Shown: positions 1-9,605, numbered from the stretch's first letter. The stretch: DNA of 64,000 bases from Candidatus Marinacidobacterales bacterium (GCA_965237955.1 OZ250169.1:1152001-1216000), one strand, 5' to 3'. Translations and numbers: made by a program. Notes: generated from the letters alone by a model not told the origin.

Positions 1-1111
1 GACGAGCACGATATCCTTGAAGAAACAGCCAGAGCATATACGTCACCGTATATCGATGTTGTTCGTGCAAAGATCATTCTGTATGCCGCCGAAGGCCTGA
101 CGAACAAGGAGATTGGAGAGCGCCTCGACACTCCGCGACAGATCGTGAGCAAGTGGCGGAAGCGTTTTTTCGACCAACGCCTGGCAGGGCTGCAAGAGCA
201 GCCCCGCCGGGGGCGGCCCGGCCAGTTTTCCCCCCTCCGTCGTCGTCGCCGTAAAGGCTCTCGCGTGTGAGTTGCCGCACCAAACTGGACTGCCGCTCTC
301 ACGACTCAGCACCGCGGACCTCCGTCGAGCCGCGATCGACCGTGGGATCGTGGCGAACATCGGACAGACGACCATCTGGCGTTGGTTGAGTGAGGACGCC
401 ATTAAGCCCTGGACCCATCGTAGCTGGGTGTTCCCGCGCGACCCGGACTTCGAAGCCAAAGCAGCTCCCATTCTCGACCTCTACCAAGGACGTTGGCGTC
501 GTAAGCCCTTCTCTGGAAACGAGTTCGTCATCAGCGCCGATGAGAAACCCCGTATCCAGTGCCGGCTTCGCACATACCCGACGACTTCGACGGCTCCAGG
601 GCGGCCGATGCGCATCGAGCATGAGTACTCTCGTGAAGGCACGGTGAACTACCTTGCCGCATGGGATGTTCACCGCGCGAAAGTCTTCGGTCATTGCGAA
701 CCGAAGAGCACGATCGTCTCCTTCGAGCGCTTCGTCGGGCAAGTCATGCGTCGCAAGCCCTATCGCACCGCGAAGCGAGTCTTCTGGATCGTCGATAACG
801 CTTCCATTCATCGCGGCAAAGCTTCTGTCGAGCGCTTCCGGCAACAGTGGCCTAATTCCGTACTCGTTCATACCCCAACCCATGCCAGCTGGCTCAATCA
901 AGTCGAGATCTTCTTCTCTATCGTTCAAAGAAAGGTCCTCACCCCGAACGACTTCTTGGCACCCGACGACATCCCTTTCCATCTTTCCAAGTTCGAACGC
1001 TACTACGAGGACATCGCTCGACCCTTTCAATGGAAATTCACCCGCAAAGACCTCAAACAGCTGATGAAACGCCTTGCCGTATACGAACCTCGTCTTGCTT
1101 CCGCCGCTTGA
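1..1111 (+). CDS. IS630 transposase, split by a +1 frameshift at TTTTCCCCCC (226-235); 5' partial
   Basis: Frame 1 stops at 270. Removing one base at the T4C6 run gives FSPSVVVAVKALACELPH, continuous with ORF 272..1111. Confidence 0.85.
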
Positions 1112-1153
1112 CCGTTGAAAAATACGTCACCGAACTTTCGGGATAGCGTACTT
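1..1153 (+). mobile_element. IS630-family insertion sequence; left end lies outside the window, right end approximate
   Basis: HTH ORF in frame 1 (VVRAKIIL...VSKWRKRF...GRP) plus DDE ORF (SADEK, IVDNASIH, HASWLNQVEIFFS). Confidence 0.9.
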
Positions 1154-1161
1154 AGTGAAGC

Positions 1162-2859
1162 TCATTGAACTGTGGTCGTCTCTCCGGAGAGACCATTGAT
1201 GGATGGTTCGAATGTCCTCCCAAGGCGCTCCAGGACCTGTTCGGCCGCCCGGATGCCGGAAAAACAGGCTTCTTCGAACAGCGGCAGCCCGGTCGTGTCA
1301 CAAGAGGCAAAATAAACGTTCCCGAAAGGCTTCCTCCGAATGGCGCTTTCGCGGCCCCATATGATTCCCGGGCTCGGTCGGATCATGGCGTGACCCCACC
1401 GGTAAACGTCGATGCGGCTGACGTAACGCTCCAGGTCCGGATGGGCCACCAGCAGGTCCTGCATGATCACGTTGACCCAGTAAGGATGTTCTTCTTCCAG
1501 GAGCTTCTGACGAGCAAGGTCAAGCTCCTCGACGAACGGGAGATAGTAAACCAGGACAGATGGGTTGTCTTTGTAGACCTTTCGGGTTTGATGATCAGCG
1601 ACAATGTAGCCCAGGGATCGGCTACTGTAGAGTACATTGTCCCACGCGATCGAGACATCGGCGTTCGTGGGCAGCTCGCTCACATGGACACTGGCGGTCA
1701 GCCAGGGGCTGTAATCGCAGGATTCGATCGCTTCTACCTGAGGCCCGGGCAATCCATCGACCAGGAAAGGCGCGGTATGGAGCTTGGAGGCATGGATCAC
1801 GGTTCGGGCCGAAAGACTTCGATAGGTCTCACTGGGGGTGTCGAAGTAACCGACACGAGTGCCGGGATCATCGTTGTCGATCCGGAGCACCGCGCATCCC
1901 AGCCGGTATTGCGAGTTCGCCAGGTCTTGGGCCAAGCGTTGTATGAGAAACCCGTTCCCTGCGGGCCATGTCAAGGTGTCCGAAGGGTACTCGTTCTGCA
2001 GCCGCCGGTCATAGTATCGGCAGGCGAAGTAGTGAATGCCGGCCCAGGCCGACACGGTTGCCATCGTGCCCCCGTAATCGTCCCGGCAAGCGTAATTGAT
2101 CATCCAATCCAACCGCGGCGAATCCCATCCTTTGGAGCGGACGTAGGTTTCCATCGTAATGTCGTCGAGTTGACGAACCCGGGAGTCCGTGGTGCTGTAG
2201 CTCAGAGGGAGGACGAATGCGCGCCGGCCGTCGAAACCGCGGTAAAGGGTCCAGGAAAGCATGTCGTCCTCGAAGGCACGTATGGCTTCCCGTTCCTGCG
2301 TTGAGGCCCCGCTCAGCAGATCCCATTCGATCCATCTTCCGTCCATGAAGAGACGCTCCGCGGGCCATCGCAAGATATGTTGTTCGGGAATCCTCGGACG
2401 TCCGCCCTCGTCGTAGCCTTCGATTATTCCGAGGTCGGACAGGACTTCTTTGACGCAATCCGCTTCCGCGGGTGGAACATTAATATAGTGTGCCCCCCAG
2501 GGGAATTCGGTGCCCTCTGCGCGCCCGGAGGCGGCGGTGCCCCCAAGCCACGGCTGCAGTTCGAGGAGGATAAAGTCGTCCAGTCCGGCCTTTTTCAGCT
2601 TCCACGCCGCGCACAGCCCCGAAACGCCTCCCCCGACGATGGCGACGTCGTAGGTATGAGCTTCAGTCTTGGGAAACCGATCGCGGGGATGAGGTTCGCG
2701 AAGAAGATGCCCCACCTGCTGGTTTCCGCCCACGATTCGCCCCGGGACGTCGAAGGTCCTGGGAACCGAAGTGCTTGAATTCCAGCACGAAGGGACGACC
2801 GCCAAAAGGCCGCTGGTCGCGGATAGACGAAGAAAATCCCGTCGGGTGAAGGGCGACAC
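1162..2859 (-). CDS. Tat-exported FAD-dependent oxidoreductase (flavin amine/polyamine oxidase family), possibly a lipoprotein
   Basis: TRRDFL twin-arginine motif, VPSC lipobox, GGGVSG Rossmann motif, WGAHY and RWGHAM motifs; GTG start at 2859 chosen. Confidence 0.85.
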   Translation of the reverse strand: MSPFTRRDFLRLSATSGLLAVVPSCWNSSTSVPRTFDVPGRIVGGNQQVGHLLREPHPRDRFPKTEAHTYDVAIVGGGVSGLCAAWKLKKAGLDDFILLELQPWLGGTAASGRAEGTEFPWGAHYINVPPAEADCVKEVLSDLGIIEGYDEGGRPRIPEQHILRWPAERLFMDGRWIEWDLLSGASTQEREAIRAFEDDMLSWTLYRGFDGRRAFVLPLSYSTTDSRVRQLDDITMETYVRSKGWDSPRLDWMINYACRDDYGGTMATVSAWAGIHYFACRYYDRRLQNEYPSDTLTWPAGNGFLIQRLAQDLANSQYRLGCAVLRIDNDDPGTRVGYFDTPSETYRSLSARTVIHASKLHTAPFLVDGLPGPQVEAIESCDYSPWLTASVHVSELPTNADVSIAWDNVLYSSRSLGYIVADHQTRKVYKDNPSVLVYYLPFVEELDLARQKLLEEEHPYWVNVIMQDLLVAHPDLERYVSRIDVYRWGHAMIRPSPGIIWGRESAIRRKPFGNVYFASCDTTGLPLFEEACFSGIRAAEQVLERLGRTFEPSINGLSGETTTVQ

Positions 2860-2925
2860 TCCTGGATGATACCCCCACCTGCTTGAGAATCGTACCTCCT
2901 CCGCAGAATTTGTGGTCGTGTCTAC

Positions 2926-3200
2926 CCCGGAAAATTCACGAAATAGGAAAAGCAAAAGCCTCTACGTGACAGAAACTTGTGAACGAAGCGTTCACCACGA
3001 AGAAGGCTTTTTGCTGGACCGAAGATTCCGCAACACAGTGTTGGTTGTTTCCCGACCTTTCCCCAAAGAAAGTTCTCGTTCAGCTCGACGGGGATCGTAA
3101 GAGCTCAGACGGTGCCGCAGTGCTGTTGATGGCGATCGACGAGCGTCTGCAGCTGAGTCGGCGACTGCCGAAGTGTTGGCGAGATACCAGGTAATCCGGG
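2926..3200 (+). mobile_element. IS1380-family remnant (left end plus transposase N-terminal fragment)
   Basis: TQCWLFPDL..KKVLVQLDG..KSSDGAAVLL.AIDERL.LSRRL resembles an IS1380 N-terminus; begins CCCGGAAAATTCAC. Confidence 0.7.
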
Positions 3201-3268
3201 AAAGTTTTCTTCGAACAATTCCCGGAAGCACTTCACAGGGCTGCTTTCTGGGAGCAGAATACTTCGGT

Positions 3269-4378
3269 ATGCGCCCCCGCTGGATTGCATCGGCCGGTTT
3301 CGACCTCGGGCTCATCATCGGGCCGCCGGTCGCCGCCGTGCTTCTGGTCTTGGCTTTGCCGGCCATGCGGTCCGAGGAGACCCCGGTCTGGGGCTGGGTG
3401 CTCTTCGTTGTCTTCATAGACGTGGCGCATGTCTACGCATCGCTGCATCGGACCTATTTTCAGCCGGACGAATTCGCCCGCAGGAGACTCTTCTACCTGG
3501 CGACGCCTCTGGCGTGCTTTCTGGGAGGCGTCGCGCTCTACAGTCTCGGCTACCAGGTGTTCTGGAGGGTTCTTGCCTACATCGCCGTTTTTCATTTCGT
3601 CCGTCAGCAGTATGGCTTCATGATGGTTTACCGTCATCGCGCGGGTGAGCACTCCCCGCGCGAAGCGCTCCTGGACAAGTGCGCCATCTACGCGACCATG
3701 GTCTACCCCCTGGCGTTGTGGCACCGGGATCCGTCATCCCGAAACTTTCAGTGGTTCGTCGAAGGGGATTTCGTCCAACTGCCGGAATGGGTCGCAACCG
3801 GGGCCGTTGTCTTCTATACGGCATCACTGCTTTTCTTTGCGGCCCGCCAGGTACAGGTTTTCGCCCTCGCGGGAACCGTGAACTGGGGCAAGATCGGCAT
3901 CGTGGGCTCCACCGCTGCTGTCTGGTATGTCGGTATCGCTCTCCTGAATTCCGACTTTGCGTTCACCGTGACGAACGTTGTCGCGCACGGAGTCCCGTAC
4001 ATGGCCCTGGTGTGGCTCTACGGTCGCCGCCGCTGGGCAGGTGATCCTTCCTGGCGGGGAACGATTCATCGTCCCGTAGGCGTCGGTTTGTTCGTCGGCC
4101 TCTTGCTCGCTCTCGCCTACATCGAGGAGGGCCTGTGGGAGCTCTTCGTCTGGCAGGAGCACGCCGAGGTTTTCCTGGGGATGGTTTTGAATTTTGAAGT
4201 GCCTTCCATGGCCCTGACCATCCTCGTACCCCTGCTCACGGTTCCACAGGCGACACACTACATCCTTGACGCCAAGATCTGGAAGTTCGACGGTTCGAAT
4301 CCGAATCTCCATTACTATCTTTTCCTCGAGGGTGAGGTGCCCCAGGCTGGCTCGGAGTCGAAGGTCGGAGGTCGATAG
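3269..4378 (+). CDS. Polytopic membrane protein of unknown function with His motifs
   Basis: About 9-10 hydrophobic segments; DVAHVYASL, FHFVRQQYG, AHGVPY, THYILD. Confidence 0.8.
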   Translation: MRPRWIASAGFDLGLIIGPPVAAVLLVLALPAMRSEETPVWGWVLFVVFIDVAHVYASLHRTYFQPDEFARRRLFYLATPLACFLGGVALYSLGYQVFWRVLAYIAVFHFVRQQYGFMMVYRHRAGEHSPREALLDKCAIYATMVYPLALWHRDPSSRNFQWFVEGDFVQLPEWVATGAVVFYTASLLFFAARQVQVFALAGTVNWGKIGIVGSTAAVWYVGIALLNSDFAFTVTNVVAHGVPYMALVWLYGRRRWAGDPSWRGTIHRPVGVGLFVGLLLALAYIEEGLWELFVWQEHAEVFLGMVLNFEVPSMALTILVPLLTVPQATHYILDAKIWKFDGSNPNLHYYLFLEGEVPQAGSESKVGGR

Positions 4379-4512
4379 CTGAGCGAGACTCGCCGAGCGA
4401 GATTCGATGGGAGGGAACCTTCAGGGTAAGAAGGTATCGACCAGCGGATCTCGGTATCCTGACTTTGCCGGTGCTCGGAGAATCCGCTCTCCGACGGGGC
4501 ATGCCATCAAGC

Positions 4513-5214
4513 TCAAATGCCCATTTTCTTCTTGAGCTCAGCCAGCGAGTCACTGGTCTCGGCCGAGCTGGACGCTGCAAGGGTTCTGTCTATCTCCTCG
4601 TCCAGCGTTACGCTCGCGTCCGTCATTTCCCCGTAGGCCTCAGCAAGCGCCTCCTCCTCAACCACTTTGTCCTTCATCTTTTCCAGCAGCGCAATCGTAC
4701 CGGAGGAGTCGACGTTCGACATCTGCTGGTTGATTTTCCGCATCGACGTGGCGGTCTTGGCGCGTGCTCTCAAGGTCACCAGCTCGGTCTCGTAGCGGCT
4801 GGTCGTTTCCTTCAGCGTCTGCACCTTTGCCTGAAGCTGATCCCCCATACTCTTCTGCTGCTCGTGGTCCTTCTTCAAGGCACCTGCGCGTTGCAGGGCC
4901 TCGTCCTTCTTGGTCAAAGCTTCGGTTGCCAGACGTTCCGCTTCAGTTTGCTGCAGATCCCCGCTCTTCATTTTCTGGAGAAGTTGCATCGCTTTCCTCT
5001 CGTAGTCCTTCGCAAGCTTTTTCTGGTTGTCCGAGTCTTTCTTGAGACGAATCGCGATCGCTTTGACCTGCGCCAGACTCTGCATGGAATCCTGCAAGTC
5101 TTTCTTCAAGTCACGAATTCCCTGCTCGGTCAGCTTGATCGGATCCTCGAGCTTATCCACTAGAGAATGCGCCTCGGACTGCACGGTTTTGAAAATTCTT
5201 TGAAAGAAACTCAT
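4513..5214 (-). CDS. pspA: PspA/IM30 (Vipp1, bacterial ESCRT-III) family protein
   Basis: MSFFQRIFKTVQSEAHSLVDKLEDPIKLTEQGIRDL, long coiled coil, C-terminal LAELKKKMG. Confidence 0.92.
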   Translation of the reverse strand: MSFFQRIFKTVQSEAHSLVDKLEDPIKLTEQGIRDLKKDLQDSMQSLAQVKAIAIRLKKDSDNQKKLAKDYERKAMQLLQKMKSGDLQQTEAERLATEALTKKDEALQRAGALKKDHEQQKSMGDQLQAKVQTLKETTSRYETELVTLRARAKTATSMRKINQQMSNVDSSGTIALLEKMKDKVVEEEALAEAYGEMTDASVTLDEEIDRTLAASSSAETSDSLAELKKKMGI

Positions 5215-5232
5215 TTGTCAGCTCCCCTTCGA

Positions 5233-5631
5233 CTATCGGTGACTATATTCCAGCAACTCTGCGCCGTTCTCGGCCAGAGCAAGCTCCAGCGCTCGAATGG
5301 AGCCTTCCAACTCGTTACAATCCAGGTTTTCCAGCTGCAACGTATCGCGGAAGAGGACACGGCTACCTTCTTCGTCGTCGAGCACAAACGCTCCATGTAC
5401 CATCGTTCGGTTCATCTGGAGGAGGCGTTTGAAGAAATCTCCGGGAATCTCGGGGACATCCATGATGAGCTGTTCGAGGATGACGATCGGTGGTTCGCAG
5501 TCGATGATCAGGTTTCGAATTCCATTCTCCTCATCCTCCACGATGACCAACTCCTCGGCCTCATCCTCGCTGACGATGTTCATATCGATATCGAGCAGAT
5601 AGCCCTTGACCAAATCCAGGTTCTCGGACAT
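5233..5631 (-). CDS. YbjN/CesT-like chaperone-fold protein
   Basis: Acidic 132 aa; FKRLLQMNRTMVHGAFVLD..VLFRDTLQLENLD.NELEGSI; directly upstream of pspA. Confidence 0.8.
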   Translation of the reverse strand: MSENLDLVKGYLLDIDMNIVSEDEAEELVIVEDEENGIRNLIIDCEPPIVILEQLIMDVPEIPGDFFKRLLQMNRTMVHGAFVLDDEEGSRVLFRDTLQLENLDCNELEGSIRALELALAENGAELLEYSHR

Positions 5632-5633
5632 GT

Positions 5634-6010
5634 TTACTTCTCCTGTTTGTTTGTCTCGCTCTCCAGCCGCTTTTGCGGCTGTTCGTAAGCACTGTTCAAC
5701 CGTTGCGTCAGTTCATCGGCGATTTTTCGTTTCACGGGGTCCTTCGAGATCAGATCCGGATGATATTTCCGCAACAGCCGTTCGATGCTTCCTAACCGTG
5801 GCAAAGTTGAAACCATAGGACACCTCCGGGTTGGAATACAGCTCGGCCAGCTCCGGAACGACGCCCCGTGGCCGTAGTCGCGGCCTGCCGGCCACCGTGG
5901 CCCCGAGTTTAGCTCTGGCGTCCACGTGCCCGACCGACGCGATCCCGTCCGCCCGAGTCAGGACGGATCTCGGTTCGAATGAAGCGGATCACGCGGGTCA
6001 CCAGATCCAA
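5634..6010 (-). pseudogene. Decayed J-domain protein, paralog of 6674..7021
   Basis: RLLRKYHPDL...KRKIADELTQRLNSAYEQ in one frame and LAELYSNPEVSYG in another; N-terminus LDLVTRVIRFIRTEI after GAGGAA. Confidence 0.75.
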
Positions 6011-6584
6011 CGATTCAGTTCCTCAGAAACCACGTTCACGACGACGTTGCGTACCGACGATAATCATAACTCAATATTCGACAGCGATTCCATTCGCACG
6101 ATTCTCTCGACGATTGTGGCTCGTGCATTCTGCAACACGATGACCTAACCCTTCCTCTCGTAACATTTACGCAGTTTTCCCAAAACCTGGCGCACCATCC
6201 GACTCAGTAGCGAGCTCGTGAAGGACTAGGCGAACGACATCCTCATCCTGCGCGCGAAGCGGCAGGACGAGAAAGACAATGTCAGTACGGAACGCGGAGG
6301 GACGCGGCGGGTTTTGGACGCCACAAGCCTCCTTTGGCCCTTCAGGGGGGCGAGCAGGTCCATTTTGGCCAAAGATTCCGTTCCTCCCCAAAATTCGCCT
6401 CCCCTGAACTGATCCTGTCTGTCTCCCTCTCTGGAGCCTTCATCCTTTCGGCCACCTCCTCGCCCTCTAGAGTCTAATTTCTCCTATGCCAGGTGTCTCA
6501 TCATCATAGGCACAGAGGGGCGGCTGCAAGCGGTAGCGTAGCGGGCGACTGTCAAGTTGAACCTGCACTGTTTGTAGTCCGAAC

Positions 6585-6650
6585 ATCTATCGAGTACCAG
6601 GATCGGCGGCTCACAAGCAACCACAAAGTTCTTGATGCCGCTCTCCTTGC
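6585..6650 (-). pseudogene. Short remnant of a second YbjN-like gene
   Basis: ESGIKNFVVACEPPILVLD aligns to ENGIRNLIIDCEPPIVILE of 5233..5631. Confidence 0.65.
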
Positions 6651-6673
6651 CTTGCCTCTGGCGAATCACTTTT

Positions 6674-7021
6674 TCAAGCTTCTTCCAGTCTTTCTCGAAG
6701 CTGTTCATAGGCGTGGTTCAACTTCTTAACGAGTTCAGTTGCGATCTTCTGCCTCGCCGGGTCGGAACAATGGAGGTCGGGATGATACTTTCGCAGAAGC
6801 CGCTTCCAAGCTCTTCGCACGGTTGCCAGATCGGAAGCATAAGGGGCTTCGAGGTTAGCGTAGTATTCCGCGAGCAGGGGATCGACGTTGGGACTCTTTC
6901 GTGCCGTCGGTCCGTCGGATTTGTATCCGCGGTCAGCCGACCCAGACGCAAAGGGCGCTTCCTCACCGCACGGCACAGAAAGGGCACGTATGACCGTGAG
7001 CAGGCGCGACATCAAACTCAT
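6674..7021 (-). CDS. Small J-domain (DnaJ class C) protein
   Basis: YYANLEAPYASDLATVRRAWKRLLRKYHPD with intact HPD motif; RBS GCGAGG upstream. Confidence 0.88.
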   Translation of the reverse strand: MSLMSRLLTVIRALSVPCGEEAPFASGSADRGYKSDGPTARKSPNVDPLLAEYYANLEAPYASDLATVRRAWKRLLRKYHPDLHCSDPARQKIATELVKKLNHAYEQLRERLEEA

Positions 7022-7051
7022 TGTTTGCAACCTCGCCGCACGAGACTCCGC

Positions 7052-8056
7052 TTAGATCTTGCCGTCCGTGATTACGATCAGATGGTCGTTAGCCTCCACT
7101 TTGAAATCGGTCGCTGGGTTGGTCACGACCTGCTTTCCTCTCTGTACCGCAAGTACGATGCTGTTTCTAAGCCGCTTCATCTCCGAAATGACCTCGAGAA
7201 ATTCGTGACCATCCAACGCTGCGGGAAGTTGGACCTTCATGAGAGCATTGGCCGAGCGGGAGGATAGGACCTCTGAGAGGACCTTGGTAATGCCGTGATC
7301 GAGAGTGGCGCTTGCAATCAGGCAGCTGCTGAACTCGGACCCCACTATTACCTCATCGGCGCGGGCTCGCTCGCAATGTTGCACGTTCTCCTTGTTGACC
7401 AATTCTACGATTGTGTACGCCTCCGGGTTAAAAGTCTCCACGGTCAGTGTTGAAAGCACGACCTTTGCGTCCCTTGCGTTGGCCTCCAAGGCATCGTCTC
7501 CCAAGATGACCACTGTGGTCGCATCTTGTACGTTGGCACGCTTCAGATTTTCCTCGGTCACGCTCCCGGAGATGAAGTGCAGGTCGGCGTCGTCCACGGG
7601 TTTCATGTCCGTCTCTGCGAGCAGAACAATCGGTGTTCGAGCACATCGTTCGTCAGATCGAAGCTCATGGAGAATGTCCCGTGCTCGATGGTTCCACCCG
7701 CACAGAATAACGTGACATTTGAACTTGTACGTCCCCATACCGCGCTCTCTTTTGAACCGCTTCTCAATGAAGACACCAGCAACTGTCGCTGTGAAGACAC
7801 CGACAACGCCAATACCACAGAACATGAGTCCTATGCCGATGACTCGGCCCCACAAGGAGCTTGGGGTGATGTCTCCGTAGCCGACCGTTGTGAGGGTTAC
7901 GATGCTCCACCACAGCCAATCTCCGAAGGCCCTGTCAGGCTCGATGAGTTCGAGAGCGAAGGCACTGAAACTCGTCAAGAACAATAGAAGGAAGAAGATC
8001 CGGTATAACCTCTCGCGCCGAAGGAACTCCAAGACGTGCCTGAGCTGTTCTAGCAT
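7052..8056 (-). CDS. Two-TM potassium channel with RCK (TrkA-N/TrkA-C) domains
   Basis: Selectivity filter TTVGYGD, HVILCGW RCK motif, C-terminal TrkA-C VTNP. Confidence 0.93.
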   Translation of the reverse strand: MLEQLRHVLEFLRRERLYRIFFLLLFLTSFSAFALELIEPDRAFGDWLWWSIVTLTTVGYGDITPSSLWGRVIGIGLMFCGIGVVGVFTATVAGVFIEKRFKRERGMGTYKFKCHVILCGWNHRARDILHELRSDERCARTPIVLLAETDMKPVDDADLHFISGSVTEENLKRANVQDATTVVILGDDALEANARDAKVVLSTLTVETFNPEAYTIVELVNKENVQHCERARADEVIVGSEFSSCLIASATLDHGITKVLSEVLSSRSANALMKVQLPAALDGHEFLEVISEMKRLRNSIVLAVQRGKQVVTNPATDFKVEANDHLIVITDGKI

Positions 8057-8369
8057 CGACTCGCGTCCAGCGGTTGCCGTAATCCGACGCGCGTACTGTT
8101 ATGAAGGATTCCTTCTACCGGAAATCTACGTCTGTCGCAGAGCCCGAGAGCTGGGACGCGCAGCCCAGCGCGCGCAACAGGCGGGTACGAGATTTTATCC
8201 AAGCCCGAGGCTCGGTGCAAACGGGATCCGGAGGTGGCCGGCGCGGGCTCGAACGGCCGGGTGGCTCGGGGGGGAGCGATCGCTCTAGAGGTTTGGGTCC
8301 TTTTTAGCGCACGGGACCGGGCTCCTCGGAGCTCACTGGGGTTTGCGGAGGAGGTGCCGGCGGAGCGCG

Positions 8370-8760
8370 CCGTCTTCACTCGCTCGCCAGGTTTCTTCGG
8401 AATCATCGACGGCGCCACCACAACACAATCGTGACCCGTCTCTTTGACCGACGGTGAACCTCGTATCCACACGGTCCCGCCTCGTAACAAAACCCAACCG
8501 CCTCGCCGCCAGGTGAGAGTCGATGCACTAGTTTCAGAATCGATTTCTTCGTGTTTGCGATCACCCCCAGCGATTCGGGCTTAGACCGACCCGAGTACGC
8601 CACTGCTACCGCGATCGTCTCCTTGTGTACGTCCAGTCCCACGTAGCCGCTACACTCTCCCACGATCTGTCCTGCTTGATTATGGCTCTGAGCCGTCGTG
8701 CTAAATCCTCGAAAGCTTAACCCACGCTCTCAAGGTCGGGCAGGTTCAATACATTATGTC
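8370..8760 (-). mobile_element. IS110-family remnant: 5' non-coding region plus frameshifted, truncated transposase N-terminus
   Basis: YVGLDVHKETIAVA, FCYEAGPCGY, then CVVVAPSMIPKKPGERVKT in another frame. Confidence 0.85.
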
Positions 8761-8931
8761 TATCTTTACATGGACCAGGAGGAAGCGGACGCCTCGCCGG
8801 CACGGCCCTCCAGAAGAAAGAGGAGGGCGTCAACCCGGGCTACGACGCTCTCCACCGACCAGCAGACGCAGAAGAAGATGTCCGACCCAGGCGAAGGTGC
8901 AAAAGCTACAGGACCAGATCCGGCACTACGA

Positions 8932-9045
8932 TGCCTTGGTGCATAAATACAGGTAAGTCATTGATTCCATTGACTCTGCTATTTTTGCACCAAAAACGTA
9001 ACCTGCTGATTCCTTTAGAGTTGTCCAGAGTTATGCACCAAGGCA
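8932..9045. mobile_element. 114-bp AT-rich MITE with IS903-type terminal inverted repeats
   Basis: Perfect 15-bp IR TGCCTTGGTGCATAA...TTATGCACCAAGGCA, 14/15 identical to the ends of the IS5 copies in this window. Confidence 0.85.
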
Positions 9046-9540
9046 GGACTACGGTGCGGAGAAATGATGGCGCTCGAGTGGACCGACGTCGACTTCTCGA
9101 AAAGACAGCTAGTGGTGAGCCGGGCGGAGTGGAGAGGTGTGGTCACTGTGCCAAAGGGGGGGCGCTTTCGTCGAATCCCATGACGGCTCGGCTTTCCGAA
9201 GCGCTGCAATCGCATCGGCATCTTCGCGGTCCGAGGGTACTTTGCGAGTCAGACGGAAGTCCATTGACCGAGAGACGCGTTCAAGGATTCGTTGGTCGAT
9301 CCGCAAGACGCGCCAATCTCGAGAACGGAGGAGTTCATGTACTGAGGCACACCTTCTGTTCGCACCTGGCCATGCGTGGAGCACCGGCGAAGGCGATTCA
9401 AGAACTGGCGGGACACAAGGATCTGAGCACGACACAACGCTACATGCACCTGAGCCCGGCAGCGATTGACGAAGCGATTCGGTTGTTGGAGCAGCCCAAC
9501 CTGTCTCTCGTTTTGGAGACATTGTGGAGACGGCTTCGGG
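9046..9540 (+). pseudogene. Tyrosine recombinase/phage integrase, catalytic half only, frameshifted near 9178
   Basis: [46 protein letters not shown]; 5' part cut at the MITE. Confidence 0.88.
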
Positions 9541-9577
9541 AGCGAAAGGGAACTCGAAGGAGTGAAAAGGACTTAGT

Positions 9578-9605
9578 TGGTACCGGGGGTGGGAGTAGAC
9601 CCCAC
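9578..9605 (-). other. att-site scar: duplicated 3' end of a tRNA (Leu-like)
   Basis: Minus strand GTGGGGTCTACTCCCACCCCCGGTACCA resembles a tRNA T-arm, acceptor strand and CCA, with a degenerate T-loop; lies just downstream of the integrase. Confidence 0.65.
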
